From contig JAUCBJ010001568.1 in NCBI GenBank assembly GCA_032718475.1, positions 1 through 41,954 on the forward strand: a DNA stretch of 41,954 nucleotides. Direction: 5' to 3'. The DNA is from Nemertoderma westbladi. Lineage: Eukaryota > Animalia > Xenacoelomorpha. This document shows positions 1 to 11,100 of this stretch, piece after piece; within the stretch, counting starts at the first letter, position 1, and every line of letters begins with the position of its first letter. Made by a program: the position numbers and the translations under genes. The notes beneath the pieces are model-generated. The model was not told the DNA's origin. It was given only the letters and a program-made list of their open reading frames with translations, and made no database searches.

Positions 1-81
1 TATTGTTTCAATCGACTACTATTTAAAGGCAACCAAATGCCGTAAAATAATATTTTTTTTTAAGGATTATTTTTTACTCAC

Positions 82-198
82 CTCCGAAGATTTAAGCAAA
101 GAGCAGATTCCAACTGGCCAACAGACGAAACAGGCAATTAAAGATAAAATAAAGTAATCAGACGGAGGAGTTAATATCCCGGGTTGAACCGCTTGAGC
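82..198 (-). CDS. CD225/dispanin family protein, coding exon 2 (CD225 domain start); gene continues beyond the left window edge
   Basis: Acceptor ttttctAG ending at 199, donor GTGAGT at 81. 39 codons, AQAVQPGILTPPSDYFILSLIACFVCWPVGICSLLKSSE, matching the P-x-D-Y...C-x-x-C-W-P-x-G-I CD225 signature. Confidence 0.85.
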
Positions 199-314
199 CT
201 AGAAAATATTATTATGTAAGCGAAAAGCTTAGAATGAAAAACACCTGAAACATAATTGGTAATGTACAGTAGGTTAAATTAGTAGAAAAAAATATTGAGT
301 AGAAAGATACTTAC

Positions 315-509
315 GTTGTAACTAGGAGGTGGTGCATTTCCTGGGGGAGAAACGGCGTACGACATTGGTATGGTAGCAGACTGTGGTGGATAGCCATGGG
401 ACCCTGGGGGTGGTGGCCCGCCGTATGGCCCAGGTTGAGGTGGGCCACCATATTGTGCTGGGTCCGGTGGATACGCGGGTTGGTACTCGTACTTTTCGCT
501 GGACGTCAT
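315..509 (-). CDS. CD225/dispanin (PRRT1/TMEM233/IFITM-like) family protein, first coding exon (Pro/Gly/Tyr-rich N-terminus)
   Basis: ATG at 509-507; MTSSEKYEYQPAYPPDPAQYGGPP...PPPSYN (65 codons) then a GTAAGT donor at 314, phase 0. A Pro/Tyr-rich N-tail is typical of this family. Confidence 0.8.
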
Positions 510-939
510 TGCACTATCATATATCAATATAATTAAGAAACAGTGTATGTATCTACAGTCAAACTAAACTAATTAATATTTTTAAAATATAACTACATAC
601 ATAGGCCTAAATATTGTACTAACCTTAGAATAAATCTATTATTCTTAATAATTAGAAAGGCTGTATAACCTACCTAAAACTGCAAGTACGTCGTCTAACC
701 TATATACGATTCAATCTACTGTATTTAATACAAACGATAATGCCTGGCTGCTCACTGTATGTTGTTCTTATGATTAAAATCTCTAAATTTGGCATTCGAT
801 TGAGCTGCGTCACATAATATATATTTGGCATTGGATTGACATTGGGATTTAAGATTTAAATTATCTATGGATTTATAATTAGAATTTCAGAGAAGTACCG
901 CCGATACTTTACGGGTTACGGCGTACATTCCCGATCTTA

Positions 940-1374
940 AGCCCCGTTCACATCCAACGGAACGGTACACCGCGCGGTGTACCGCAGGCCCAGCGGTACA
1001 CCGCTGAGTGTGAACGACCCTGCGGTATTAGAGCGGTGTCTGTGCCGTAAATGATTTTGATTACCGCTGACATGAACGACCCAACAGGTAGTTGTGCGGT
1101 ACACCGCGCGGTTTACCGCTGTCCATTGAAATAATGTTAATAAAATTATTGTCTAGACTGTTGAATTAACTGTGAACAGAGGTAGACTACAATTAACCGC
1201 AGCGGTACCGCAGCGGAACCGCTGCGTTACCGCAACGGTACTGTTGGGTGTGAACGGGCTCCGGGTAGTTTACCGCTGGCTTACCGCTTCAATACCGCAA
1301 GACTAACCATAAGGACCTAACTACCTGCCAACAGGTAGTTTTCCGCTCACGCACAGTTGGATGTGAACGGGCCT
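940..1374. mobile_element. PIF/Harbinger-type MITE (435 bp)
   Basis: 19-bp TIRs AGCCCCGTTCACATCCAAC (940-958) and GTTGGATGTGAACGGGCCT (1356-1374), one mismatch. TTA on both sides (937-939, 1375-1377). Interior is full of TACCGC/GCGGTA and TGAACG sub-repeats; no ORF. Confidence 0.85.
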
Positions 1375-1377
1375 TTA

Positions 1378-2640
1378 GTCATGTTGTCTCTTTGTGAATA
1401 GCACAAAGACCAAGATTCTCACTGTAAGCATGCGGCCTTAGACCAGCAATAAATTCGTCATGACTTCCAATGCTGAAAGGACTGGTAAATCACATGACTG
1501 ACTTCTGCTACCTTGGATCATTGGTTCAGAGGTCTGGTGAAATCTCCGCTTTCGCAAAGGAAACGCCTGGTATGCCATCCACAAACTACGCAGGATCTGA
1601 AAGTGCTGTGATATCTCATGCTCTTTAAATGCTCGCCTTTTCCGTGCAGCAAGGAGCCTGTGGTGCTCTATGGCAGTGCTCTATGCTTTGCTTTAACAGC
1701 TAAAGACATGTTACGGGATTATCCCTATATGCACTTCGCCACCCCAGAAACCAATATGACATCCTATTAGCCATCAGCCGTATCACTGCAGCAATTATCA
1801 CCCTCCTGTAAAGGGGATTAATACCTAACAAAGTCAAGGTAGCAATAGGGCCTGGCGGCCAAACAAAGGGAAGATCACATGTTGCGCAATCTATTATGTT
1901 GTCATGCTGTAAATGTGTTGTAGGCAGTCTAGATTGTTAGATGGAGTTTAGATTGATGGAATTATAGATTGATATTGTAGTTCAGTTGTTCATTGCTTGC
2001 TACGATGAACGTAGCAGACCCATAGTTATTACGGTACAACGATTGACTTATAGTTTTCAGCCTGTGCGGTGCCATTGCTTCGCACGAGCCCGGACTTGGG
2101 GCATTAGCTATTTATCTGTCTGTAACATTCTTGCTATTATACTGATTATTAAAAATATGTGAAGTTAACACCGTTGAGTTTACACCTAGATCCAGAGCTA
2201 CTAGAACCCCTTTGACCAGTAATCCTATTGGCTTACATTGGCTTACTGGCTCGAACAATGCACATGAGGTGTACTACCCTAGAGTCCATGACAAGTCACC
2301 AGGTCTCTTGATGGTACATATACCAGGATGCCGCCCAGGGTGCACAACATTGCATATGTGCACACATGCTCAATGAGGTGTTATTCAACTATGGCAACAT
2401 CTCATTGCCAAGATCCCGCATCAATCTATCTGCGGAGACGCCGCCTGAAACTTGTTGGGAACTGTTATCGCCGACAGGATCAACTTGTACACATCCTTGT
2501 AGCCGCCTGCTGGGGAGAATAGACGTGGTGGGCAGCCAGTGACTTCCTCAAACGCCGGCTCAAGGACAACGGATTTGAGAATAGGGATGCACTAGAAAAG
2601 TATATGATAGACCGTGATACCTATCATCATCATTACATTA
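1378..2640 (+). mobile_element. Degenerate RTE-like LINE 3' fragment, split by the insertion at 1709-2293
   Basis: Decayed frames LFVNSTKTKIL, DFCYLGS, RFRKGNAWYAIHKLRRI, PVVLYGS, then after the insert TRSLDGTYTRM and RRLKLVGNCYRRQDQLVH. Colinear with the copy at 5440-6327; ends in a (CAT)n-like tail. Confidence 0.75.
1709..2293. mobile_element. Solo-LTR-like insertion (585 bp)
   Basis: Begins TGTTACGG, ends CCATGACA. Flanked by AGACA (1704-1708) and AGTCA (2294-2298). Removing it restores the LINE frame AAA GAC ACC AGG TCT CTT GAT GGT. Confidence 0.7.
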
Positions 2641-2723
2641 CATCATTGTATTGGCCTGTACATTTAGTATTGTATTTGGTGTTATCCGTTAAGTAATGTC
2701 CCCTTCGTGGACATTACTTAACG
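2640..2723. repeat. Fragment of the dispersed hairpin-bearing repeat also present at 22878-23741
   Basis: CATTGTATTGGCCTGTACATTTAGTATTGTATTTGGTGTT matches ~22968-23008 and the reverse complement of ~23581-23620. It is followed by the perfect hairpin CGTTAAGTAATGTCC-ccttcgt-GGACATTACTTAACG (2687-2723). Confidence 0.8.
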
Positions 2724-3603
2724 CAAACTTTATGCGAGATCCAATTTTATACTCAGAAAATTTGGAAATTGCACGGAGTCTGTAAGTCACAATATTTTTC
2801 GCGATTTCTGCACTCCACTTCATTGTAACGCACTTTGGGCCAAGCGGAATTACTCCCAATCTGTGCCTAACAAACAGAAAGTGGGTTACAATAACTGTAC
2901 CAGGAAACGTTTCGAAATACCCCGTGTAACGGACGGTGAAACAACCAGTATCTCTCTGCATCTCAGTAGACTAAACCTAACCCTATTTGTGCATTTACGT
3001 TTTAAATCTGTAACTAGCTTGTAACAGTACAGTAACCATTGTTAGTGTGGTTCTGAAGGCGGTTGTCAGTGCTAGTTGTGCAGGTAACATTTCACGCATC
3101 AGGGAAATGTCTGATAGTCGTATGCTGTACGACTAAAGTCATGATTGCTACTGATTAACTTTTTGGCGTGGATTAAATAAAGATAACAATAATAACAATC
3201 TAAATCCGGCCCTGGAAATTCAGATTATGTTACATAATGTATTTTGAATCCTTGCATGGTCAGCTTTACATCTGTACCAACAGATTGCTATAAAGTTGAA
3301 GTGTAACTGCGGTAGAACTGGTGCAATATCGTCGGAAACACTTTTTTTCAAACGATTCCAGTTAAACAATGAAAACTAAAATAAAATTCTAGCTCGCCCA
3401 ACATGGAGGAGAGAGGTGAAACTCTCGCTATGTCAAATTTCATGCAATGTCCTTAAGATTGGTAGAAATGTTTGGGGGGGGGGGGGGGGCAGGTACCTAA
3501 ATAATAACGAATCTATATTCCAAGACACGGTGTGAGACACTTACATGCGGGCATTATTCCAAATGTTATTGTTAGGTGGCGCTATATATGTTATGCATGA
3601 ATG

Positions 3604-3616
3604 GTTTCTTGGCAAC
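3604..3616. promoter_or_regulatory. Candidate RFX X-box upstream of DNAI2
   Basis: GTTTCTTGGCAAC resembles the X-box consensus GTNRCC-N0-3-RGYAAC and lies ~940 bp upstream of the ATG of a motile-cilia gene. A second, weaker site TTTGCTTTAGGCAAC is at 4317-4331. Confidence 0.45.
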
Positions 3617-4108
3617 CAAGTAAACTATTAACAATAATCGTTACTGGAAGGCCTCCGCAATCAATCATTATGCATTGTGTGTATGTACGGTAGGTAGGAA
3701 GTCATCGTTGTTTATTTTAAGCTCTATTGTATAGAAGTGTTACTATTGAATAGTATTACTGGTAATTAGATTTAGTCCACTGAACACTGAGATGGCAAAA
3801 TATTGTTTCCAATTTCACGACAAATTAAATTCTGGGAATTAGGCCTGTTACACTACCGGCTGACCGGTATCATTTATTTATCGGTATCTACTAATCCAAG
3901 GGAGTGATGTCCGAGGCAGGATGTCGTCGAATAAATGGTAACACGTAATGGCAACACAATAATTGGCCAATGGTGCCGCACCTACCATACCATAGCGTTC
4001 GTTAGGTACTTCTTAGCTTTATCACACTGTTTGGGAAACGGTTATATTATACGGTACTTGTTGTAGCTGCAGGAAGTTGGAGAAGGTACGGAACCACTAA
4101 AAAGTGTT

Positions 4109-4196
4109 ATGATTTTAAATAAAATATTTTCTAACACATATTAGCTAAGACATGAGCCCTCGCACGTGTTAGAAAATGTATTTTCTTCAAAATCAT
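4109..4196. repeat. Imperfect inverted repeat, probable decayed MITE
   Basis: ATGATTTTAAATAAAATATTTTCTAACAC pairs with GTGTTAGAAAATGTATTTTCTTCAAAATCAT (~30-bp arms). Confidence 0.55.
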
Positions 4197-4553
4197 GTCC
4201 CCTTAGGGCACCAGAAAGTATAAGGATTATTTCCCTCCATTAACACCATCAACGCAAAAACGAACGATAAATTGTCTATATTATAAAAAAAAGCAACCGA
4301 TACGATGATCCATCGTTTTGCTTTAGGCAACCCGGATTTAGTTGCTCATAATTTATCGCCCTCACCTATTTTTAGAGTCTAATAATAAATTATATAATTA
4401 CTTAATAACGTGCTTTCGTGTCCGAGTTTAGTTAGTCTCTTATTTATTATTATTAAAGGTAATGGTGCATATGTAAAGTGTGTGAGTGTGTTTTCTAAAA
4501 AACGAACATATGAATTTGAATAAAACCAATAAATATTAATTCGAATATCAATA

Positions 4554-5210
4554 ATGGAGATCGTCCACGTTTACACAAAGAAACGCAGCGAGTTCGGCCG
4601 GCAGTGCAACTTCTCGGACCGCCACGCCGAGCTGCATGTCGACATCCAGCCCGAGGAATCCTTGGCTTCTAACTTTATAGTACGCAACCCGGTGGATCTG
4701 GGAACCCAGGTGTCCGGCGAGATGAGCGAACACGATGTGAACACCGAACGCAGCGAGATGGACACACGGGGGGTCAACCACACCGAAGGGGGATGGCCTA
4801 AGGACATTAACCACATAGAGATAGAGCAGGTCTCCAGGTTCCGTAAGAAGGTAGAGAAAGAGGAATCGTACGTGGCCGCGATACTAAACCTTGGTAACTC
4901 GATGCAGCATTGTATGAAGCAGAACATATCCGTGGATATATACGGGGAGTATTTCAACGCGGATGACCTGGACTCATCGGCGGACGACCCGCCCTCCGCT
5001 AAGACCATCAATGTGTTTCGGGATCCCAACGAGATCCGACGGACTGCCGCTCACATCTCGTGGTTCCCAGACGGAGCCAAGAAGCTCGCCATCGCCTACT
5101 GCAACCTCGACTTCCAGAGGTCCGAGTCCGATAGTTGTATCGATTCGTATGTCTGGGATATCGAGAATCCTAACAAACCCGAACTCACGCTGAAACCCGT
5201 CTCCCCGCTG
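4554..5210 (+). CDS. DNAI2: Dynein axonemal intermediate chain 2, coding exon 1 of 3
   Basis: [23 protein letters not shown]...[14 protein letters not shown]...[10 protein letters not shown] is the characteristic DNAI2/IC69 N-terminus. 219 codons, then a GTTAGT donor at 5211, phase 0. Confidence 0.95.
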
Positions 5211-5439
5211 GTTAGTTAATAATATTATTATAAATGTAAGTACCCATAAGAACATTCACGCTCACCAACCAACACTCACGAACTACTCAAGTACATCTAC
5301 ATATGCAAATAAAGTATCTACTTAGTACGAAATAAATAAATATTTAGAATGACGCAGTGATCTACTGGAAAAATACATCGTAAATGCATCGTGTACTATA
5401 CTCCCCAGAGGAAACTCCAGAACTATGGTAACACCCCCC

Positions 5440-6327
5440 ACTGTCACAAGACGTAGAGGAGACGTAGAGAGTACCTTACTGATCTAGACTTTTCTGTTGA
5501 CATGGGGGTACTGTCAGAATCACTAGAGAGAGCCCAAAGGCTCCTCTGCTCATTGGAGCAGGTTTCTTCTAGTGTTGGTCTTTTTGTAAATTCCAAGAAG
5601 ACTAAAATCATGACAGTCAACCTAGACAGCCATCAAGAAATGACTGATCGTACGGGCATACGCTCTAAGAACGGCTTGCTTGAGCACGTGGATGACTTCT
5701 GTTACTTGGGATCATGGATCCAGAAAGTCAGGTGAAGACCTTCGGATACGTAAGGGGAAGGCATTAGGCATGAGCAGCGTTAAATAGTATGTCCAAGATT
5801 TGGAAGTCCCATAGAATAAAACGGAACCTTAAGGTTCGATTATTTATGGCAGCAGTAACACCAATACTCTTATATGGGAGTCCACGTTGGGCTCTAACTG
5901 CAGAGGATACCAAATCTCTGGATGGCACTTTTACAAGAATGCTGCGCCGGGTTTATTGTGTCAAGTGCAATTAACACATCGCCAATCAGACACTATATAA
6001 CATTGGAGGTGTCTCATTGTTTCGGTTCCCCCAAGCTTGACACTAGAACAAAGCCGCCTCCGCTTTGCAGGACATTGCTTTCGCCGTGAGGACCAGCCAG
6101 TGCATAATCTTGTGCTTTGGCGGCCTCATGGAGTGAGTAAGTATGGTGGACAGCCCATGACTTTCTTGAGACGCATCTTAAAGGACACTGGCCTTGAAGA
6201 TGCGGATCATCTAGCAACTGTCATCGGTGATAGGGAGTTGTGGCGGCGGAATTTTGTCGACAAGCCGGCACAGCATTCTTAATATAATATAATACAACTG
6301 CAATGTAGCATGCCGATCGTAGTAGTA
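5440..6327 (+). mobile_element. 5'-truncated, frameshifted RTE-like LINE in DNAI2 intron 1
   Basis: EYLTDLDFSVD (decayed DLDFADD reverse-transcriptase motif), GLFVNSKKTKIM, DFCYLGSWI, ILLYGS..WALT, LDGTFTRMLRR, RLRFAGHCFRR. Contains stops and frameshifts; short (TAG)n-like tail. Confidence 0.85.
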
Positions 6328-6531
6328 CCACCAACAATCAGAACCCCAGCAGCTGAACGCTGTAGGATTTATTATTAACGAGATCTTCCTCGGTGCAGCA
6401 CAAACCCTCGGATATATGCATACGGTGGGGTGGCTGAATTGTAGCGATTAATAAATATAATTGAATAATTTAGGGTCGACCTTAATACACAGCACAGTAC
6501 GTATACTGTAACTGTTAACGTTGTATTTCAG

Positions 6532-7221
6532 GTGTGCATTGAATACAACCCCAAAGACTCTCACATATTAATGGGCAGTCAGTACAACGGACAGCTTGCG
6601 TTCTGGGACACGCGTAAAGGCAGCCAACCTGTGGACATGACTCCAATAGAGCATAGTCACCGAGACCCCGCCTTCAAGGTGATTTGGCTGTCATCAAAGA
6701 CCGGAACCGAGTGCTTTTCTGCGGCGACCGACGGTCGGGTTCTGTGGTGGGACATCAGGAAGATGGGCGAACCGACCGAGACATTGTTGCTGGATCTAAC
6801 GAGGAAGAACGACTTGGGTAACGTCCAAGGGGCCAGCGTTCTAGAATGGGAGTCGACGATTCCGACAAAGTTTATGGTGGGAACGGAATACGGGACTGTA
6901 GTGTCTTGTAACCGAAAAGCGAAAACTGCACAGGATAAGATTGTCGGCACCTATTCGGGTCATTTAGGGCCGATTTACGCCCTCCAGCGGAACCCGTTTT
7001 ACACGAAGAACTTCCTCACGGTCGGTGATTGGACAGCCAGGATCTGGTCCGAGGATATCCGCGAATCAGCGATCATGTGGACCAAGTATCATTCCTCGTA
7101 TCTTAGCGACGGTGGATGGTCGCCCACCCGACCTGGGGTATTCTACACCACTAAACTGGACGGGAGTATGGATGTCTGGGACTTGTTGTATAAGCAGAGT
7201 GACCCGGTGCTACGCTTGCAG
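6532..7221 (+). CDS. DNAI2: Dynein axonemal intermediate chain 2, coding exon 2 of 3 (WD40 repeats)
   Basis: Acceptor tatttcAG ending at 6531. [11 protein letters not shown]...WDTRKG...SHRDP...WWDIRK...[15 protein letters not shown]...WSPTRP; 230 codons; donor GTGTGT at 7222. Confidence 0.95.
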
Positions 7222-7429
7222 GTGTGTTGTTAAAATTATCACAAGGCGCTACACTATTTACGGTATTTAGTTATTTATTATAAAAGGGGCAAAGTTCAGG
7301 AAAGGGGGGGGGGGGGGAGGGGGGGTGTTACTGGCGAATTATTATGATATGAAATCTCCCCAACCCACATTATTTCACTTTAATATTATCCATTTGACTC
7401 CGAAGGTATAAATATTTCCATTGCATTAG

Positions 7430-7825
7430 GTCTGCGACGAACCACTCCACTGTATGAAGATGCAGGAATCCGGTAAATACCTGGCGGTTGGTTCGGCTCA
7501 CGGAACCGCAACCATGTTGGAACTCAACGAGAGTTTATACAGTCTCCAACGCAACGAGAAACACATAATATCCTCAATGTTCGAGCGGGAGACACGCAGG
7601 GAGAAGATTCTGGAGGCGCGACAACGGGAACTTAAACTCAAGGAGAAGTTGGGGCAGACTCACGATGAGGGTGGGGAAGATGATCACCGGGAAGAAGAGG
7701 ACTTAGTGGCGCTGGCCGAGAAGGACTTCTACGAGTCTATAGATGCCAGTAAGGAACAGGTTGAGAACAAACAGGCGGAGTACGAGAATGAGATGGACCA
7801 CGTCAATCAACATGAAGAAGTATAA
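7430..7825 (+). CDS. DNAI2: Dynein axonemal intermediate chain 2, coding exon 3 of 3 (C-terminal coiled coil)
   Basis: Acceptor gcattAG ending at 7429. VCDEPLHCMKMQESG...MFERETRREKILEARQRELKLKEK; TAA stop at 7823-7825. Total 580 aa. Confidence 0.93.
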   Translation, partial: VCDEPLHCMKMQESGKYLAVGSAHGTATMLELNESLYSLQRNEKHIISSMFERETRREKILEARQRELKLKEKLGQTHDEGGEDDHREEEDLVALAEKDFYESIDASKEQVENKQAEYENEMDHVNQHEEV

Positions 7826-8054
7826 ATATAATAACTATACCCGTTGGAAATGTAAATATAATAAGTACAAATATGTTGCTAAATATTTATTTAATTATTT
7901 ATTACTTGTATTTGTAGTAATTGTTACATATTTATTAATTAATTAGTGTTTTTTTTTACTAAATGGAATTATTGATTTATTAATATAATTAGCACACATA
8001 TTTATTTCGTCTGTAAAGGAATTTGGGGAGGTTGAGATTTATAATAATAATAAT

Positions 8055-8060
8055 AATAAA
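8055..8060 (+). terminator. Candidate DNAI2 polyadenylation signal
   Basis: AATAAA 230 bp after the stop codon, in an AT-rich 3' region. Confidence 0.4.
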
Positions 8061-8132
8061 ATACTAATTTCTTATTCTCAGACATAAATTACAGCATATT
8101 TATCCTCAAATAGCCCTAACATCTGTTGGGTA

Positions 8133-11100
8133 TATAAAGTAAACTTTATCTACCGTGGCCTATAAAGTAAACTTTATCGTGGCCTACAAAGTAAACTTTA
8201 TCGTGGCCTACAAAGTAAACTTTATCGTGGCCTATAAAGTAAACTTTATCTTGGCCTACAAAGTAAACTTTATCGTGGCCTACAAAGTAAACTTTATCTA
8301 CCGTGGCCTACAAAGTAAACTTTATCGTGGCCTATAAAGTAAACTTTATCTTGGCCTACAAAGTAAACTTTATCGTGGCCTATAAAGTAAACTTTATCGT
8401 GGCCTATAAAGTAAACTTTATCGTGGCCTATAAAGTAAACTTTATCTTGGCCTACAAAGTAAACTTTATCGTGGCCTACAAAGTAAACTTTATCGTGGCC
8501 TACAAAGTAAACTTTATCGTGGCCTACAAAGTAAACTTTATGGTGGCCTATAAAGTAAACTTTATCTTGGCCTACAAAGTAAACTTTATCGTGGCCTATA
8601 AAGTAAACTTTATCGTGGCCTATAAAGTAAACTTTATCGTGGCCTATAAAGTAAACTTTATCTTGGCCTACAAAGTAAACTTTATCGTGGCCTACAAAGT
8701 AAACTTTATCGTGGCCTACAAAGTAAACTTTATCGTGGCCTATAAAGTAAACTTTATCGTGGCCTACAAAGTAAACTTTATCTTGGCCTACAAAGTAAAC
8801 TTTATCGTGGCCTACAAAGTAAACTTTATCGTGGCCTACAAAGTAAACTTTATGGTGGCCTATAAAGTAAACTTTATCTTGGCCTACAAAGTAAACTTTA
8901 TCGTGGCCTATAAAGTAAACTTTATCGTGGCCTATAAAGTAAACTTTATATTGGCCTACAAAGTAAACTTTATCTTGGCCTACAAAGTAAACTTTATCGT
9001 GGCCTATAAAGTAAACTTTATCGTGGCCTATAAAGTAAACTTTATCGTGGCCTATAAAGTAAACTTTATCTTGGCCTACAAAGTAAACTTTATGGTGGCC
9101 TATAAAGTAAACTTTATCTTGGCCTACAAAGTAAACTTTATCGTGGCCTATAAAGTAAACTTTATCGTGGCCTATAAAGTAAACTTTATATTGGCCTACA
9201 AAGTAAACTTTATCTTGGCCTACAAAGTAAACTTTATCGTGGCCTATAAAGTAAACTTTATCGTGGCCTATAAAGTAAACTTTATCGTGGCCTATAAAGT
9301 AAACTTTATCTTGGCCTACAAAGTAAACTTTATCGTGGCATATAAAGTAAACTTTATCTTGGCCTACAAAATAAACTTTATCGTGGCCTATAAAGTAAAC
9401 TTTATCGTGGCCTATAAAGTAAACTTTATCGTGGCCTATAAAGTAAACTTTATCTTGGCCTACAAAGTAAACTTTATCGTGGCCTACAAAGTAAACTTTA
9501 TCGTGGCCTACAAAGTAAACTTTATCGTGGCCTACAAAGTAAACTTTATGGTGGCCTATAAAGTAAACTTTATCTTGGCCTACAAAGTAAACTTTATCGT
9601 GGCCTATAAAGTAAACTTTATCGTGGCCTATAAAGTAAACTTTATCGTGGCCTATAAAGTAAACTTTATCTTGGCCTACAAAGTAAACTTTATCGTGGCC
9701 TACAAAGTAAACTTTATCGTGGCCTACAAAGTAAACTTTATCGTGGCCTACAAAGTAAACTTTATCTTGGCCTACAAAGTAAACTTTATCGTGGCCTACA
9801 AAGTAAACTTTATCGTGGCCTACAAAGTAAACTTTATGGTGGCCTATAAAGTAAACTTTATCTTGGCCTACAAAGTAAACTTTATCGTGGCCTATAAAGT
9901 AAACTTTATCGTGGCCTATAAAGTAAACTTTATATTGGCCTACAAAGTAAACTTTATCTTGGCCTACAAAGTAAACTTTATCGTGGCCTATAAAGTAAAC
10001 TTTATCGTGGCCTATAAAGTAAACTTTATCGTGGTCTATAAAGTAAACTTTATCTTGGCCTACAAAGTAAACTTTATCGTGGCCTATAAAGTAAACTTTA
10101 TCGTGGCCTACAAAGTAAACTTTATCGTGGCCTATAAAGTAAACTTTATCGTGGCCTATAAAGTAAACTTTATCTTGGCCTACAAAGTAAACTTTATCGT
10201 GGCCTATAAAGTAAACTTTATCGTGGCCTACAAAGTAAACTTTATCGTGGCCTATAAAGTAAACTTTATCGTGGCCTATAAAGTAAACTTTATCTTGGCC
10301 TACAAAGTAAACTTTATCGTGGCCTATAAAGTAAACTTTATCGTGGCCTATAAAGTAAACTTTATCGTGGTCTATAAAGTAAACTTTATCTTGGCCTACA
10401 AAGTAAACTTTATCGTGGCCTATAAAGTAAACTTTATCGTGGCCTACAAAGTAAACTTTATCGTGGCCTATAAAGTAAACTTTATCGTGGCCTATAAAGT
10501 AAACTTTATCTTGGCCTACAAAGTAAACTTTATCGTGGCCTATAAAGTAAACTTTATCTTGGCCTATAAAGTAAACTTTATCGAGGCCTATAAAGTAAAC
10601 TTTATCTTGGCCTACAAAGTAAACTTTATCGTGGCCTATAAAGTAAACTTTATCTTGGCCTACAAAGTAAACTTTATCGTGGCCTATAAAGTAAACTTTA
10701 TCGTGGCCTACAAAGTAAACTTTATCGTGGCCTATAAAGTAAACTTTATCGTGGCCTATAAAGTAAACTTTATCGTGGCCTACAAAGTAAACTTTATCGT
10801 GGCCTATAAAGTAAACTTTATCTTGGCCTATAAAGTAAACTTTATCGAGGCCTATAAAGTAAACTTTATCTTGGCCTACAAAGTAAACTTTATCGTGGCC
10901 TATAAAGTAAACTTTATCTTGGCCTACAAAGTAAACTTTATCGTGGCCTATAAAGTAAACTTTATCTTGGCCTACAAAGTAAACTTTATCGTGGCCTATA
11001 AAGTAAACTTTATCGTGGCCTACAAAGTAAACTTTATCGTGGCCTATAAAGTAAACTTTATCGTGGCCTATAAAGTAAACTTTATCGTGGCCTATAAAGT

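Noticed and set aside
3839-3870. TTAGGCCTGTTACACTACCGG resembling a Harbinger MITE end
   Set aside because: No matching opposite TIR found nearby.
5502-6282. RT-like ORFs as a functional or domesticated reverse transcriptase
   Set aside because: Catalytic motif is degraded (DFSVD), with several stops and frameshifts and 5' truncation; the same applies to 41084-41494.
4548-7270. Antisense and alternate-frame ORFs over DNAI2 exons
   Set aside because: Shadows of GC-rich coding sequence with no recognisable motifs.
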